From: a virus
Reading direction: 5' to 3' (one strand)
DNA: 39,275 nt
Virus record (IMG/VR): IMGVR_UViG_3300033144_002476
Location: 1-39,275 of that record
Positions 1-7,440 of the stretch are shown here, one piece after another (within the stretch, counting starts at the first letter, position 1; each line of letters opens with the position of its first letter). The position numbers and the translations under genes were made by a program. The notes under the pieces are model-generated. The model was given only the letters and a program-made list of their open reading frames with translations, did no database searches and was not told where the DNA came from.

Positions 1-114
1 GAAATCTGCTAAAGTTTGTTCCAGTAAATCCTTAAACCATCTTACAGCTTTTTTCCTATTATCGAAGATTCCACAGGGTTCTCCGTTTCTAACTGCTACC
101 CATTTTTTACTCAT
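1..114. repeat. Terminal direct repeat copy 1, identical to 39162..39275 (assembly overlap of a circular or terminally redundant genome)
   Basis: Compared base by base with the last 114 nt and found identical. It carries the 5' end of the 71-aa ORF whose full copy is 39060..39275. Confidence 0.95.
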
Positions 115-120
115 TTTTAG

Positions 121-151
121 CCTCCGTTTCCCTGTTCAATACATATAGGAA
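121..151 (-). promoter_or_regulatory. Conserved 31-nt upstream element, copy A (minus strand TTCCTATATGT-N9-GGAAACGGAGG, then 6 nt, then ATG at 114)
   Basis: Same two blocks with identical 9-nt spacing recur at 39021..39051. Both copies end 6 nt before an ATG, and the GGAGG doubles as the SD. Confidence 0.5.
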
Positions 152-153
152 CT

Positions 154-342
154 TCATAAAAATTCACTCCTAAACTCTCGTTCAGCTATTTGGTTTATTG
201 TTTTATAGACAATATCTCTAGCATCCATTAAAGTCAATTGACCATCAGATAAATCTCGCCCTGGCATCAAATCTACTTTAGCTATGAATTCTTGCATAGT
301 CTTTTCTTTCGTTTCTTTCAGAACGTCTAGTAATTTACTCAT
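154..342 (-). CDS. hypothetical protein (62 aa)
   Basis: ORF track. The ATG is preceded by a GGAGGG SD and overlaps the upstream stop (ATGAGTAA). Confidence 0.6.
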   Translation of the reverse strand: MSKLLDVLKETKEKTMQEFIAKVDLMPGRDLSDGQLTLMDARDIVYKTINQIAEREFRSEFL

Positions 343-508
343 ATTTACCCTCCGAGTCGTGATTCACGCAGAGGGCGTATATTTTTACATCTTCATCATA
401 GTAATCAATTATTCCCTTATCAAAACCTACTGTTTGACCTTTCATAAATTTCTGAAAATCTTTCCATTTCTCTTTTCCAATTAAAGCTATTACTTGTTTT
501 TTATTCAT
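335..508 (-). CDS. hypothetical protein (57 aa, below track cutoff)
   Basis: Hand translation MNKKQVIALIGKEKW...SEGKYE. ATGA overlap with the upstream stop, and its own stop overlaps the next start. Confidence 0.5.
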   Translation of the reverse strand: MNKKQVIALIGKEKWKDFQKFMKGQTVGFDKGIIDYYDEDVKIYALCVNHDSEGKYE

Positions 509-660
509 TGTGCTGACTTCTCCTGGTGTACGTCGTGTAATTTAGTCATTATTTTTTCCATAGGTTCTCTTTGTCTTCTGTCTGTTGATGTTGATAATGA
601 ATGACTCAAAGTCCCAAAGATTAGAGCTATTTCCTGTTTAGTTAAATCAAGATTTACCAT
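505..660 (-). CDS. hypothetical protein (51 aa, below track cutoff)
   Basis: Hand translation MVNLDLTKQEIALIFG...EKSAQ. TAATG overlap with the stop of 660..992. Confidence 0.5.
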   Translation of the reverse strand: MVNLDLTKQEIALIFGTLSHSLSTSTDRRQREPMEKIMTKLHDVHQEKSAQ

Positions 661-992
661 TATTTCCTGTCTCCTAATAAGGCATCGTTTCTTATTTTTT
701 CTATATAAACAGTACCAAAAATAGGTCTTAATAGTTCAGCACATACTTCTGCTGTTTTATCTAAATCTCTAACATCATCTTCACGAATTACTAATCTTGG
801 AGTTATCTCTTTTTCTGCCAATAGTTTTCTGTAATCATCCATCTCTTGCATTCTAACTCTAAATCCCTGCTTCCAAACAATCTTATCCTCAACCTTTTCA
901 ATAAACTTATCTCTAATCTCTTGGATTAATACTTTCTGCATATCCTCAGTATTATCCATAAGGAATGATTTAATTTCTTCATTCAGTATCAT
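660..992 (-). CDS. hypothetical protein (110 aa)
   Basis: ORF track. Fits the chain of start-stop coupled genes. No motif recognised. Confidence 0.6.
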   Translation of the reverse strand: MILNEEIKSFLMDNTEDMQKVLIQEIRDKFIEKVEDKIVWKQGFRVRMQEMDDYRKLLAEKEITPRLVIREDDVRDLDKTAEVCAELLRPIFGTVYIEKIRNDALLGDRK

Positions 993-1204
993 TCTGCGTC
1001 ACCTGCTGATACAAGTGCGAATTTAAATTTCTCCATAGCATAACGATAAGTTAATATGTAGATTAGTAATCCAAATAATCCAAATGAAAGAAATTTCCAT
1101 GAAGGAAATCCTACTTCGATTGTTATAACAAAACTAAACATAAAGAAAGTTCCACATAACATTGCTAGATAAAAATTCTTATAATTATTCATTTTATTCG
1201 CCAT
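989..1204 (-). CDS. small membrane protein (71 aa, two hydrophobic segments)
   Basis: Hydrophobic stretches LAMLCGTFFMFSFVITI and LSFGLFGLLIYILTY. ATGA-type overlap with the next gene. Confidence 0.6.
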   Translation of the reverse strand: MANKMNNYKNFYLAMLCGTFFMFSFVITIEVGFPSWKFLSFGLFGLLIYILTYRYAMEKFKFALVSAGDAE

Positions 1205-1322
1205 CTTTTTGATACCCGTCCTTATCTTCTTGAGATTCTGGACTCATCGTTTTTTTAATTTGATTTGTAAAGTGGCTTTCTTTCTCGATTTCTTTTAGTG
1301 CTTCAGTTGCTGGATTATTCAT
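1194..1322 (-). CDS. hypothetical acidic protein (42 aa, below track cutoff)
   Basis: Hand translation MNNPATEALKEIEKE...QKDGE. Overlaps neighbours at both ends. Confidence 0.4.
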   Translation of the reverse strand: MNNPATEALKEIEKESHFTNQIKKTMSPESQEDKDGYQKDGE

Positions 1323-1479
1323 AGTCCTTAACCTCCACATATCCCTTTTCTCCAATACTAGATTTTTTTGGAATTGTTACTCTTTTCTGATTTGTAGACT
1401 CATCTTTTACCACTGGGAGAATTAATCTTTTCCCAACAAGTTCTTCAAATTCTCTTTCTTTTTGGGTTTGTTTTTTCAT
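1315..1479 (-). CDS. possible AbrB/SpoVT-like DNA-binding protein (54 aa)
   Basis: RVTIPKKSSIGEKGYVEV resembles the swapped-hairpin AbrB/MazE motif. No SD. A TATATAAA box (1501..1508) lies 21 nt upstream of the ATG. Confidence 0.4.
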   Translation of the reverse strand: MKKQTQKEREFEELVGKRLILPVVKDESTNQKRVTIPKKSSIGEKGYVEVKDYE

Positions 1480-1530
1480 AGGTTTTATAGGATTAATAGG
1501 TTTATATACCTTTCGGTTAGGTTACGTTTG

Positions 1531-1854
1531 CTAATCAGATTGCGAAGCCTCCGACTTGTTACTTGTATTCTGCGAACTTAGTTCTTTTAATTCATTAAGG
1601 TTACCTAACGCGATATTGACTGCTCCAACGTTTTCCTTAATAGATTTTTTTATTTTGTAGAGATAGTTATACATCCCATTAATATCAAAAGCATTTAACT
1701 TTTTATGACAATTTTCGCAAATTGGGATTATTATATTATTTTTTGGTTTAAGATGCTTAGGTAATGCATGGTGGCTAGTAATCTTATCATCCTCTTCTCC
1801 ACAAATCCAGCACTCTTTTGTTTCATTAATGTGTATTATCATTTCATCACTCAT
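1531..1854 (-). CDS. HNH endonuclease
   Basis: CWICG...SHHALPKH...N...PICENCHKKLN: paired Cys motifs plus the His-Asn-His arrangement of HNH nucleases. Confidence 0.7.
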   Translation of the reverse strand: MSDEMIIHINETKECWICGEEDDKITSHHALPKHLKPKNNIIIPICENCHKKLNAFDINGMYNYLYKIKKSIKENVGAVNIALGNLNELKELSSQNTSNKSEASQSD

Positions 1855-2030
1855 ATATTATACGAATCTTTTAGTTCCTTAATTGATTCTGTGCAGACAG
1901 GAGTACATAATGTATAAATTGTTGATGATTTGGTTTTGTATTTTGAGTATAATAATCCTATAACTATACCAAGTACCATATTTCCTAAAACAATTCCATA
2001 CATAAGCAAAATCGTTTCAACCTCATTCAT
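1851..2030 (-). CDS. small membrane protein (59 aa, below track cutoff)
   Basis: Hand translation MNEVETILLMYGIVLGNMVLGIVIGLLYSKY... AAGGTGA SD. ATGA overlap with the upstream stop. Confidence 0.5.
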   Translation of the reverse strand: MNEVETILLMYGIVLGNMVLGIVIGLLYSKYKTKSSTIYTLCTPVCTESIKELKDSYNI

Positions 2031-2254
2031 TTGGTCACCTTCCCTGTAAAAGACGCACCCGCTAGTCTATCAATTTCTCTCATTAGCAAACCGCCAGATA
2101 GTATTTCAATATGCCAAGTTCTTATCATTTCCTTTATTGTATCAAGAAAGTCTTTAACATCTTCAACATCTAAAACCCCAGACTTACATCCCCAAGTAGA
2201 CTCTCCTTCTTTGTATATTTGTTGGTCTAGCTCTGCACCTTTATTGAAGTTCAT
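2027..2254 (-). CDS. hypothetical protein (75 aa)
   Basis: ORF track. Start overlaps the stop of the methyltransferase gene. Confidence 0.6.
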   Translation of the reverse strand: MNFNKGAELDQQIYKEGESTWGCKSGVLDVEDVKDFLDTIKEMIRTWHIEILSGGLLMREIDRLAGASFTGKVTK

Positions 2255-3030
2255 TCTTCACACCTCGTTTTTCCATGAAAGTACGTCGTGTTTTCAATTC
2301 GTTCTTTAGCTATATCAAAATATTTCTCATCTAACTCTATGCCTATAAAATCACGATTAATGTTTTTACAAGCTACTCCAGTTGTTCCAGAACCCATACA
2401 ATTATCTAAAACTAAATCTCCTTCATTTGTGTAAGTCTTGATTAAGTATTCAAACAATGCAACTGGCTTTTGTGTTGGGTGTAATTTTCCTTCGCTTTCG
2501 GCTGTTCTGTTATAAATTACACTTCTAGGCTTTCTCTTACCACTAATATTTATATGTTTTATTGAATCTGATTTTGTCATACCGCCATCCAATACTTCTA
2601 TGGGGTTATTCCCCACACCTTTATCATAAGGTTTCCCATCTTTGTGTTGTGGATTATAAATCATAGGATTTTTACTTCCTTGTGTAGAACCACCTAAACT
2701 AAATATAGAAATTGTTTCATGTACTTTTAATGGCTGGAAGTTTGCGTGAACAAAATTACTTCCCTTTGATTTTTCCCAAATCCAATCATATTTATAATTT
2801 TTAATACTACTTATTCTTAAGGCACTACTGAATGGTTCGCTTCCAAATAAAACTATAGCCCCATTATCCTTAATTATTCTATAATATTGTTTCCAAAGCT
2901 TATCGAATGGGATTATTGTGTCCCATCTACATCTAGTTGTTCCATATGGCAAATCACAAAGAATCATATCAATAGATTTATCTGGAATATCTTTTATTAA
3001 TTCTAAACAATCTCCTTGTAATAGTTTCAT
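2251..3030 (-). CDS. DNA methyltransferase, beta-class N6-adenine/N4-cytosine type
   Basis: N-terminal DLPY (DPPY-like catalytic motif), then HPTQKP, then C-terminal DNCMGSGTTG (FxGxG SAM motif). This is the order typical of N6_N4 methylases. Confidence 0.9.
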   Translation of the reverse strand: MKLLQGDCLELIKDIPDKSIDMILCDLPYGTTRCRWDTIIPFDKLWKQYYRIIKDNGAIVLFGSEPFSSALRISSIKNYKYDWIWEKSKGSNFVHANFQPLKVHETISIFSLGGSTQGSKNPMIYNPQHKDGKPYDKGVGNNPIEVLDGGMTKSDSIKHINISGKRKPRSVIYNRTAESEGKLHPTQKPVALFEYLIKTYTNEGDLVLDNCMGSGTTGVACKNINRDFIGIELDEKYFDIAKERIENTTYFHGKTRCEE

Positions 3031-3096
3031 TGCTTACCTCCATTCGTTTTATTTAGAAAAGAAGTCGTGGATATGTATAAGTTTTCTATACACATT

Positions 3097-4623
3097 TTAT
3101 ACACGTTTCTCCTTATTTAAATTTTGGGAAATTGCTTTAAAATTCTCTGGATACTCTTCTGCATATTTTGTCATACTTAATTCGTTATCATCAAGAATAA
3201 CTACTTTTGGTTTATCATCCGTAGATTTTAGAATTTGCGAACCGACTGCTGCAATCACATTAGTAGTAACTGCATTTCCCATTTGTTTATATCTTTGTGT
3301 GTCACTCATTTTAACCTTCTCTCCTTTTTCGTTAATTCCATATTCGTTCCAATCATCTGGGAATCCTTGTAGTCTACAACACTCGACTGGAGTGAGTCTT
3401 CTGATTGAATATCCTGCATATCCGACTTCTGGTGTTCTTCCACTTCTGAGACAGCTTCTATTATCTCTTCCGTCTCTAAGCATGACTCCATGAATATCTT
3501 GTCCGGTAACTGTAAAACTTGGTTCTCCTGGTTCCTTAAATCTTCTTCCATTTTGTCGTTTATTGATTCTATCTGATGTAAGGACTGCTCTGATTCTAGG
3601 AGTGTAATCTCCTGAGAGTTTACTTGCTCCTGCAAGTGTTGGACAGATTCCATCTGTTTCATAGATTCTTCCTTGCTGGAATTTATCTTTTTTGAAGCAT
3701 TTAATAACTGCTGGTCGTTCTTGTTTGCTTCCGAGTCCTTTGTGGTACATGGTGTCGAGGCAGTTTGATTGTTCGACTCTCCTTGCTCCTGTTGTAGCTG
3801 AGAGAAGAATCCCTTGTCCTTTGTCCTTGACAGGAGTTTCTGACATGTCGTATCTGAAAGGTAATATTTCTGGTCTACTTGTTCCTCTAAGATTTCCGAT
3901 AATGAGTACCCTCTCTCTGTTCTGGGGAACTCCGAAAAATTTGCTGTTAAGTACCATCCATTGAATTTCATACCCCAATTCATCCAACGTTTGAAGGATG
4001 ACTCTAAAAGTCTTCCCTTTGTCGTGATTGAGTAAGCCTTTGACGTTTTCGAGGAGTATAGTTTTAGGTCTTTTAACTTTAAGTATTCTCGCAACTTCAA
4101 AAAACATTGTACCTCTAATGTCTTCAAATCCTCTCCGTTTTCCAGCGATTGAGAATGCTTGGCAAGGAAATCCTCCACAGAGCATATCAAAGTCTGGTAA
4201 TTCTTCTGGTTTGATTTTGGTACAGTCTCCGTAGTTTTTAATTCCTGGGAATCTGTATCTGAGGACTTGACTTGAGTATTTATTGAACTCTGACATACCG
4301 ATGCAGCGATATATGGCATTTGACTTTGGCTTGTTGATAATGCCCTGTGTATTCCTTTGTCCGATAGTACCCTCTCCCTTGGAAGATAATTTCCCTTTGG
4401 CCTTGGTTCCTCTGGTATCACTGCTATTGTTTGCACTTTTAAATCCGAGTTCAAATCCTCCGACTCCTGTGAACATGCTGAAGTATCTGATAGTATTACT
4501 TTGTGTGGGCTTCTGTCTAGAGCGTAACAGTGTTCCTTGCTTATCAGAGGACCTGTTCTTCCCTTCCCAGTCTTGCTCGACCTTGGAAAGTGATTTAGAA
4601 TTATTGGTTCTTTCATTGCTCAT
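3097..4623 (-). CDS. dcm: DNA (cytosine-5)-methyltransferase
   Basis: Motif I FTGVGGFELG, IV GGFPCQAFS, VI ENVKGLL, VIII QNRERV, IX RRLTPVECCRLQGFP, X QMGNAV. The likely start is ATG 4623 after GGAGGAGG; the track ORF extends to 4689. Confidence 0.9.
   Translation of the reverse strand: MSNERTNNSKSLSKVEQDWEGKNRSSDKQGTLLRSRQKPTQSNTIRYFSMFTGVGGFELGFKSANNSSDTRGTKAKGKLSSKGEGTIGQRNTQGIINKPKSNAIYRCIGMSEFNKYSSQVLRYRFPGIKNYGDCTKIKPEELPDFDMLCGGFPCQAFSIAGKRRGFEDIRGTMFFEVARILKVKRPKTILLENVKGLLNHDKGKTFRVILQTLDELGYEIQWMVLNSKFFGVPQNRERVLIIGNLRGTSRPEILPFRYDMSETPVKDKGQGILLSATTGARRVEQSNCLDTMYHKGLGSKQERPAVIKCFKKDKFQQGRIYETDGICPTLAGASKLSGDYTPRIRAVLTSDRINKRQNGRRFKEPGEPSFTVTGQDIHGVMLRDGRDNRSCLRSGRTPEVGYAGYSIRRLTPVECCRLQGFPDDWNEYGINEKGEKVKMSDTQRYKQMGNAVTTNVIAAVGSQILKSTDDKPKVVILDDNELSMTKYAEEYPENFKAISQNLNKEKRV
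3306..4616 (-). CDS. 436-codon ORF embedded in the +1 frame of the C5-methyltransferase gene (candidate overlapping gene)
   Basis: ORF track. ATG 4616 overlaps the TGA of the upstream SWIM gene (ATGA). It is the only same-strand embedded ORF >=60 aa in the window. The product is Ser/Glu/Gln/Lys-rich. Confidence 0.4.
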   Translation of the reverse strand: MKEPIILNHFPRSSKTGKGRTGPLISKEHCYALDRSPHKVILSDTSACSQESEDLNSDLKVQTIAVIPEEPRPKGNYLPRERVLSDKGIHRALSTSQSQMPYIAASVCQSSINTQVKSSDTDSQELKTTETVPKSNQKNYQTLICSVEDFLAKHSQSLENGEDLKTLEVQCFLKLREYLKLKDLKLYSSKTSKAYSITTKGRLLESSFKRWMNWGMKFNGWYLTANFSEFPRTERGYSLSEILEEQVDQKYYLSDTTCQKLLSRTKDKGFFSQLQQEQGESNNQTASTPCTTKDSEANKNDQQLLNASKKINSSKEESMKQMESVQHLQEQVNSQEITLLESEQSLHQIESINDKMEEDLRNQENQVLQLPDKIFMESCLETEEIIEAVSEVEEHQKSDMQDIQSEDSLQSSVVDYKDSQMIGTNMELTKKERRLK

Positions 4624-5047
4624 GTTCCTCCTCCTTCTTCGCTTTGTGGACAGAAGATGAAGAGCACCCGTCAATCCTACTAACTTCATCGCAATACAAA
4701 GGGTTCGTCAGGGTGCTCTCTTGTGCACGTCCACCACTCTCCGATTTAATCAAAGAGTGCGTAGTTTTGATAATATCTGTCTCTTTTTCTAATATTCCAT
4801 ATTCTTTAAGAATCTCTAGACACTTGTTTATGTGTTTACATTTTCCTTCTATTTGTTCTCCACGAAATTGAAAATGTGGACAAGTGCATGACATGTTTGT
4901 TATTCCTAGTTCGTTTAGTCTGTCTATGTTTATTTCTACTTCATATGGAGCTTTTTCTTTTTTAGATCCGTGAACTATGAACTCGAATACTTCTGAGTAG
5001 TCGTCTAGTTCTTTGCTTGCTTTTATTCTAAATGGTTGTATTTTCAT
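4613..5047 (-). CDS. SWIM-type zinc-finger protein
   Basis: CTCPHFQFRGEQIEGKCKH matches CxCxnCxH. The likely start is MKIQPF at 5047 after an AAAGGAGA SD; the track ORF extends to 5149. Confidence 0.6.
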   Translation of the reverse strand: MKIQPFRIKASKELDDYSEVFEFIVHGSKKEKAPYEVEINIDRLNELGITNMSCTCPHFQFRGEQIEGKCKHINKCLEILKEYGILEKETDIIKTTHSLIKSESGGRAQESTLTNPLYCDEVSRIDGCSSSSVHKAKKEEEHEQ

Positions 5048-5187
5048 AGTATCTCCTTTATTAACAAAACAAGTAAAATACATATTATACTTATTGCTAT
5101 TTCTTGTATTGTTTGTTTTTTCATTATAATAGGGTTTATAGTCCCCCACGACTGTGACGTAAAAAAATAAATTAAATTTATGTCTAT

Positions 5188-5616
5188 TTACATTGTTGAA
5201 TCTTCGTCTAGTCCAGCATTTTCCGTGTCGACTTCTTTTGGTTCTTCTAGTTTATCTGGAACTGGTGCGCCGAATCCGCCTGCCCTATTTACGTAATAGA
5301 GAGTCTTTCCTTTGACAGATTTCTTTACAATGACTAGATTCTTTCCAGCTAATGGTTCTAGTGATTTTAGACTATTCAAAAGTGTTATTGCACTTGTAGT
5401 AATACTTGCTTTATCGCCATTTCCATCTATGCAATCAAAGATGTAGTAAACTCCATCGCCTTCGTTGTTTGGCATTTCCTTTGGCTGAGTGTAATCAGCT
5501 GGGAATACTACTGCGACTGGTTTCTCCATCTCGAAGGTTATCTTTTGTGGGTAGCCCTGTAGTCCATTGTAGGCTCCTGATTGAAGCTCTGTTTTTGTGG
5601 TTTGTGGTTCTTCCAT
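5188..5616 (-). CDS. hypothetical protein with acidic C-terminal tail (142 aa)
   Basis: ORF track. GGAGGA SD. Function not recognisable; an SSB-like role is only a guess. Confidence 0.6.
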   Translation of the reverse strand: MEEPQTTKTELQSGAYNGLQGYPQKITFEMEKPVAVVFPADYTQPKEMPNNEGDGVYYIFDCIDGNGDKASITTSAITLLNSLKSLEPLAGKNLVIVKKSVKGKTLYYVNRAGGFGAPVPDKLEEPKEVDTENAGLDEDSTM

Positions 5617-5618
5617 GT

Positions 5619-5888
5619 TTATTGTCCTCCTGTAAATTTAGTTAAAGTTAGATAATGGCACATACCTTTTGTTACAGGACACCAGCTTGTATGACTTACG
5701 TGAATTAGCCCCATTTTTTTGAGTTCAGAAGTACGACCAGTTATTCTGTTTATTTTCCAACCAAGAGATTCGGCTATCATAGAATTTGTACAGTATTCTA
5801 ACTTTTTAATTGTTTTGTATACTTTTAATCTGCATTCTGGTAAATCGTTTTTTATCTTCTCGAAGGCTATTAAACTCGTATCTTCCAT
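5619..5888 (-). CDS. winged-helix (MarR-like) DNA-binding protein
   Basis: KVYKTIKKLEYCTNSMIAESLGWKINRITGRTSELKKMGLI has a helix-turn-helix plus wing pattern. Confidence 0.45.
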   Translation of the reverse strand: MEDTSLIAFEKIKNDLPECRLKVYKTIKKLEYCTNSMIAESLGWKINRITGRTSELKKMGLIHVSHTSWCPVTKGMCHYLTLTKFTGGQ

Positions 5889-6139
5889 TATTTGTATTCT
5901 CCTAAAAATTTACTACAATCTTTACATTTCCAGTCTGGCATAAGACTTCCTTTCTTTTTGAATTCTGACATTTGTTTGAACTCTCCACAATTTCCACATC
6001 TCTTTAATCCATCTTTTGTTTCGTTTGGATATTTCATATTTATTACTCTTGTAAATCTTGATTTAGACTTTTTAGCAGCCTTACTTGTTCTAGTTAGACT
6101 TTTAAGAATATCTTTTTTAGTCATGTTTTCAATTTCCAT
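5888..6139 (-). CDS. zinc-ribbon protein (83 aa)
   Basis: CGNCGEF...CKDCSKF paired CxxC motifs. Basic N-terminus. Confidence 0.55.
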   Translation of the reverse strand: MEIENMTKKDILKSLTRTSKAAKKSKSRFTRVINMKYPNETKDGLKRCGNCGEFKQMSEFKKKGSLMPDWKCKDCSKFLGEYK

Positions 6140-6236
6140 TTACATATACTCCGTTACAGTCTAGACATATTAGTTCTGTGTCTGTGACTACTGTATTTTT
6201 ACTTGAACATTCGTAGCATTCGTCTTGATAACTCAT
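6129..6236 (-). CDS. zinc-ribbon mini-protein (35 aa, below track cutoff)
   Basis: Hand translation MSYQDECYECSSKNTVVTDTELICLDCNGVYVNGN. ATGA overlap with the upstream stop. Confidence 0.45.
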   Translation of the reverse strand: MSYQDECYECSSKNTVVTDTELICLDCNGVYVNGN

Positions 6237-6433
6237 TGTATTACCTCTTGCTCTGCGCCGCACTCACATGTAATCCATCTTTCTTCAACGTTTGGATGAC
6301 CTCTAACTAGTGATATTGTTTCATGTGTCCAATTTGACTGACCACAATCTTCACATTTTATATCTTCATACATTTTTAACAGTCTCATATTTAGGTATCC
6401 AAGTTCCATTACTAAACCAATGTAGTCCAACAC
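6233..6433 (-). CDS. zinc-ribbon protein (start uncertain)
   Basis: CEDCG...CECG. The track start is GTG 6433; internal ATGs are equally plausible. Confidence 0.5.
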   Translation of the reverse strand: MLDYIGLVMELGYLNMRLLKMYEDIKCEDCGQSNWTHETISLVRGHPNVEERWITCECGAEQEVIQ

Positions 6434-6484
6434 ATTTTACTTTAACTCCATCAATTGATTTAATTATATTATGTGGGAATTCCA

Positions 6485-6670
6485 TTATTCTTTATCCTCC
6501 AAAAGTTCTGGAAATTCTTTAAGTTTTTTAATTAGTTGGTCGATACAGGATAAATAACAATTCCATGACATTGTTTTACATTTTACTCCACCTTGTGCAT
6601 TATAATAAGCCATACTTGCTATACCATCATAATTTTCTTCTAAGTATTTTAATTTTTCTTTAAATTCCAT
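6485..6670 (-). CDS. hypothetical protein (61 aa)
   Basis: ORF track. Coupled to its neighbours. Confidence 0.55.
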   Translation of the reverse strand: MEFKEKLKYLEENYDGIASMAYYNAQGGVKCKTMSWNCYLSCIDQLIKKLKEFPELLEDKE

Positions 6671-6839
6671 TTACTAAATCCTCAGCGAAGTTGCCTGTTT
6701 TAATTTGTTCGTCCATATAACTAACTCTTTCTTTCATTCCTTCTATAACCCCATGAATTCCTTTTTGTTGAGATTCTAAGACTAGAATTTCTCCGATTGT
6801 TAATTTTTTTAATTCTTCTAGGTTAATTGAGTTTTCCAT
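6660..6839 (-). CDS. hypothetical protein (59 aa, below track cutoff)
   Basis: Hand translation MENSINLEELKKLTIGEILVLESQQ...DLVNGI. AGAGGT SD. Confidence 0.45.
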   Translation of the reverse strand: MENSINLEELKKLTIGEILVLESQQKGIHGVIEGMKERVSYMDEQIKTGNFAEDLVNGI

Positions 6840-6975
6840 GTTTTACCTCTGTTTTTTTAGTTTCTACTTTTAATATCTTGTTACAGTATTCGCAGATTGA
6901 ATATTCTGTTGTTACCCATTTGTTTGCTTTTTGAAAATAAAGCTTTCTTGTTAGGTTGTGTTCACATTGTTTCAT
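6823..6975 (-). CDS. Cys/His-containing mini-protein (50 aa, below track cutoff)
   Basis: Hand translation MKQCEHNLTRKLYFQKANKWVTTEYSICEYCNKILKVE... Confidence 0.4.
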   Translation of the reverse strand: MKQCEHNLTRKLYFQKANKWVTTEYSICEYCNKILKVETKKTEVKHGKLN

Positions 6976-6995
6976 ATCTATACATATATATATTA

Positions 6996-7133
6996 CTATA
7001 TAAACCCTTCGGTTTGTGAATAATACTCTTTTAATTCTTCTAAAAACTTCTTATGTTCTCTTTCCTCGTCGCTGTTACGTTCCCAGAATGGTTTATGATT
7101 CCAGAAGTAGTCAAATATTTGTTTAGGATTCAT
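6996..7133 (-). CDS. hypothetical protein (45 aa, below track cutoff)
   Basis: Hand translation MNPKQIFDYFWNHKPFWERNSDEE... The ATG overlaps the 3' end of the GIY-YIG ORF. Confidence 0.4.
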   Translation of the reverse strand: MNPKQIFDYFWNHKPFWERNSDEEREHKKFLEELKEYYSQTEGFI

Positions 7134-7431
7134 TATATTCCTCGATTAATTTTAGTTTTTTATTAAGTGATAATCTTTTTATTTGCATTTCTCTTTGATG
7201 TGCTGTGTATGGATTGTCGAATGATTCCATATAAACAAAGTGAAGTGGGTTTATTTTATTTCTCATATAATTAGAACGAATACCAGAACGATGCTCAGCA
7301 AGTCTTCTCTTTGGATCCCATGTCATGCCAGTATAATATATTATTTTATCATAAACAAATTCTTTAAATCTCCGATTATAATAATATTTCTCTGCTTTCA
7401 ATATATAAACGTAGTATGTTCTTGACACCAT
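7123..7431 (-). CDS. GIY-YIG nuclease, small YhbQ/UPF0213 (URI-domain) type
   Basis: YYVYILKAE...IIYYTGMTWDPKRRLAEHRSG...FVYMESF...AHQREMQIKR matches the GIY-YIG core pattern. Confidence 0.75.
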   Translation of the reverse strand: MVSRTYYVYILKAEKYYYNRRFKEFVYDKIIYYTGMTWDPKRRLAEHRSGIRSNYMRNKINPLHFVYMESFDNPYTAHQREMQIKRLSLNKKLKLIEEYNES

Positions 7432-7440
7432 TGTTTCCTG

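Noticed and set aside
1-114. Partial ORF at the window start treated as a separate truncated gene
   Set aside because: It is the duplicated 5' end of 39060..39275 created by the terminal overlap, not an independent gene.
5048-5187. 140-nt intergenic region with two TATAAT hexamers, a T7 run and a small GC-rich palindrome, considered as a promoter or origin
   Set aside because: Neither TATAAT has a convincing -35 partner at 16-18 nt, and the palindromes are only 3 bp. It plausibly holds a terminator and promoter for the SWIM-dcm operon, but I cannot support a specific call.
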